64,000 nucleotides of DNA from Escherichia phage anhysbys. Positions 62,271 to 64,000 of this stretch are shown in pieces. Location of the stretch: the sequence record NC_052656.1; one strand, 5' to 3'. The notes beneath the pieces are model-generated. The model searched no databases. It was not told the origin of the DNA and saw only the letters and a program-made list of their open reading frames with translations. Position 1 is the first letter of the stretch, and each line of letters opens with the position of its first letter. Made by a program: the position numbers and the translations under genes.

Positions 62271-64000
62271 ATGTTTCCAATTCCAATATTTACTATTATG
62301 ACCAGCACTGGTGTCGTTCCTCTGCCAGCAGGCATTGTTAAAAAAGTAATTACTTTAGATTACCCAGATAACGCTGGTAATTCTAACAGCAGTTTAGCAA
62401 TTTTGCTTAATGATGGTAGATTGTTTACTCAAGGCGCAAACCTCTTTGGTGAGATTGCAGATGGAACTCGTAGTGCACGATTCAATAATTTCCACTTAGC
62501 TTCTACTGTAGTAGCGGATGTGTTTACCGCAGATCGTTGTTTTGTTATTAAAACTAACAGTGGGGGATGGCAATATTCAGGATTGACAGCAGGGTTGGTA
62601 GGATCTATAGCAGCAGGTGGTACGGATGCATGTGTAACTACTTGGACCAGCTTTCCATCTGTAATAACAGGGACTATTTCTTTAGCCAATCTTAAAGAGG
62701 TTAAAGGAGGGTATAACAATACTCTCTGGTTAATGAATAGTGGTGTTCTTTACGGATCTGGTCAAAACACAGTAGGCAGTTTAGGTGCAAGTACTACTAA
62801 CGAAGTTTCTACTCCTCGTCAGATAACAAGTTCAGCAGTTGCTTTTGATGCAGGTTACAACCAATGCTCTTATGTCAACAATGTGGGAACCTTGCGTGTT
62901 TGTGGAGCTAGTAAAGGTTTAGCAGGTAATAATAACACAACAACCGCTTTTGTCAATGCCACGATATCCACTACTGAAACAGTGTATGTCAAAGATTACA
63001 TCAATACAGTTTCCCAGACAATAATTGTAGGAGATACCTCCGGTGGCGCGGGTACAGTAAACTACTTATATGTTAGATCTAATACAGAAACAACCTACAC
63101 TAAACTGGACACCTTTGCAGCAGGTTTCTCAACATGGAAATTTCCACCAAGCCGCCACTCTTTTTTCGTTGGGATCAATAATTCCTTGTGGGCTATTGGT
63201 AAGAACTACACTGCAAACTTAGGTTTGGGGTATGATTCTGCGAGCGGAGATCCACTACAAGTGGGAAAACCAGTTAAACCTGAAGGAGTGGGTTCCTGGG
63301 ATATAAACAAGCTCACAAGCGTTCATACGCTGAATATGGATATTACTAACCAATTAGGTTATCAAGGAACCTTTTTCGTTTATAACGGGGATATGTATTA
63401 TTCCGGTATTTGGAAAGATGGGAAAGCCTCGTATTTGTTCAATAGTGGTCTAAACTATAATAAATTCACACCAATAGCAAGCTCTGTGATTACGGGGGAT
63501 GTGCTGGCAACTAGCTTAACTACAGATTCTTTAGGAATTTGTATTGTAGGTGGAACTAAACAGTTGACACATTCTGTTAGCCCAGAAGGAGGTAAACTTT
63601 TCAATATTAAATACACTTCTTCTGCCCCTGCAAACATGACAATATCATCCACTGGTTTAATGACTTTCCATGCAGAAGGTGGTTTTGATGCGGGTATGAC
63701 AGCCTTAAACGCTGAAGGAACAACTTTATCAGATACCTCTGGAGGATATGCTTCAACATTAAGTGTTTACACCCCTAGCTTATCTGCAATGGATGTAGGA
63801 ACAACACAAACAATGGTAGCAGAAATAACGCCAACAGGGGCAGCAAGCTTACCTGGTATGGTTGTTGAGTATACAACTACAGACCCTAATGTTGCTACAG
63901 TAGATCCTACAACTGGTGTAATAACTGGTGTTGGTGACGGTGGTTGTAGAATTGGTTGCACAGCTACGTATCAAGGTGTTGTTACCGCTTCTGATAGTTC
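62271..64000 (+). CDS. tail fibre/adhesin with propeller-like repeats and C-terminal Big_2-like Ig domain (runs off window end)
   Basis: GGAGGG RBS then ATG 62271; frame open to 64000 (absent from ORF track for lack of stop); Gly/Ser/Thr-rich repeats; final ~80 aa resemble a bacterial Ig-like domain. Confidence 0.5.
   Translation, partial: MFPIPIFTIMTSTGVVPLPAGIVKKVITLDYPDNAGNSNSSLAILLNDGRLFTQGANLFGEIADGTRSARFNNFHLASTVVADVFTADRCFVIKTNSGGWQYSGLTAGLVGSIAAGGTDACVTTWTSFPSVITGTISLANLKEVKGGYNNTLWLMNSGVLYGSGQNTVGSLGASTTNEVSTPRQITSSAVAFDAGYNQCSYVNNVGTLRVCGASKGLAGNNNTTTAFVNATISTTETVYVKDYINTVSQTIIVGDTSGGAGTVNYLYVRSNTETTYTKLDTFAAGFSTWKFPPSRHSFFVGINNSLWAIGKNYTANLGLGYDSASGDPLQVGKPVKPEGVGSWDINKLTSVHTLNMDITNQLGYQGTFFVYNGDMYYSGIWKDGKASYLFNSGLNYNKFTPIASSVITGDVLATSLTTDSLGICIVGGTKQLTHSVSPEGGKLFNIKYTSSAPANMTISSTGLMTFHAEGGFDAGMTALNAEGTTLSDTSGGYASTLSVYTPSLSAMDVGTTQTMVAEITPTGAASLPGMVVEYTTTDPNVATVDPTTGVITGVGDGGCRIGCTATYQGVVTASDS

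Noticed and set aside
62429-63961. Minus-strand ORFs 62429-62719, 63455-63652, 63767-63961
   Set aside because: They lie antisense to the plus-strand tail-fibre ORF beginning at 62271, which has a strong RBS and is open to the window end.
1-64000. Prophage boundaries, integrase, transposase, rRNA genes
   Set aside because: No att-like direct repeats, recombinase motifs or rRNA-like sequence were recognised; gene content is that of a virulent phage.

Overview
The window reads as a contiguous piece of a large virulent tailed dsDNA phage genome (AT-rich, strong AGGAG-type ribosome-binding sites, tightly packed genes, no integrase, rRNA or CRISPR array seen). All protein calls rest on motif recognition by eye, not on any database search, and all coordinates were hand-counted. 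Layout: (i) 1-21970, minus-strand early/metabolic module: T4-type lysozyme, glutaredoxin, RmlD and RmlC homologues, NrdB/NrdA, ThyX-like enzyme, HAD nucleotidase, HNH endonuclease, DEDD exonuclease, T4 RNase H-like flap nuclease, MazG-like protein, ATP-dependent DNA ligase, an RNA-repair trio (P-loop kinase, Rnl1-type RNA ligase, metallophosphoesterase) and many small ORFs. (ii) 21971-22460, divergent AT-rich control region with tandem repeats, GTACT iterons and palindromes (promoters, possible origin). (iii) 22461-25500, three small Cys-rich genes, then a plus-strand array of 12 hand-folded tRNAs plus two tRNA-like elements behind a recurring ACTATTGACAA promoter motif. (iv) 25569-64000, plus-strand late module: spanin pair, large terminase, portal, scaffold, decoration and major capsid proteins, sheath, tube, frameshifting chaperone, tape measure, baseplate, and at least six large tail fibre/spike proteins with different predicted enzymatic or binding domains. 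The most notable candidate is a 159-aa mini-intein splitting the Walker A P-loop of the large terminase. Others are the RNA-repair cassette next to the tRNA array, a tRNA-Asn with a long variable arm, an RNase H gene with no canonical start codon, phage-borne rmlC/rmlD, a GC-rich mosaic segment inside a tail-fibre gene, and a programmed -1 frameshift site.
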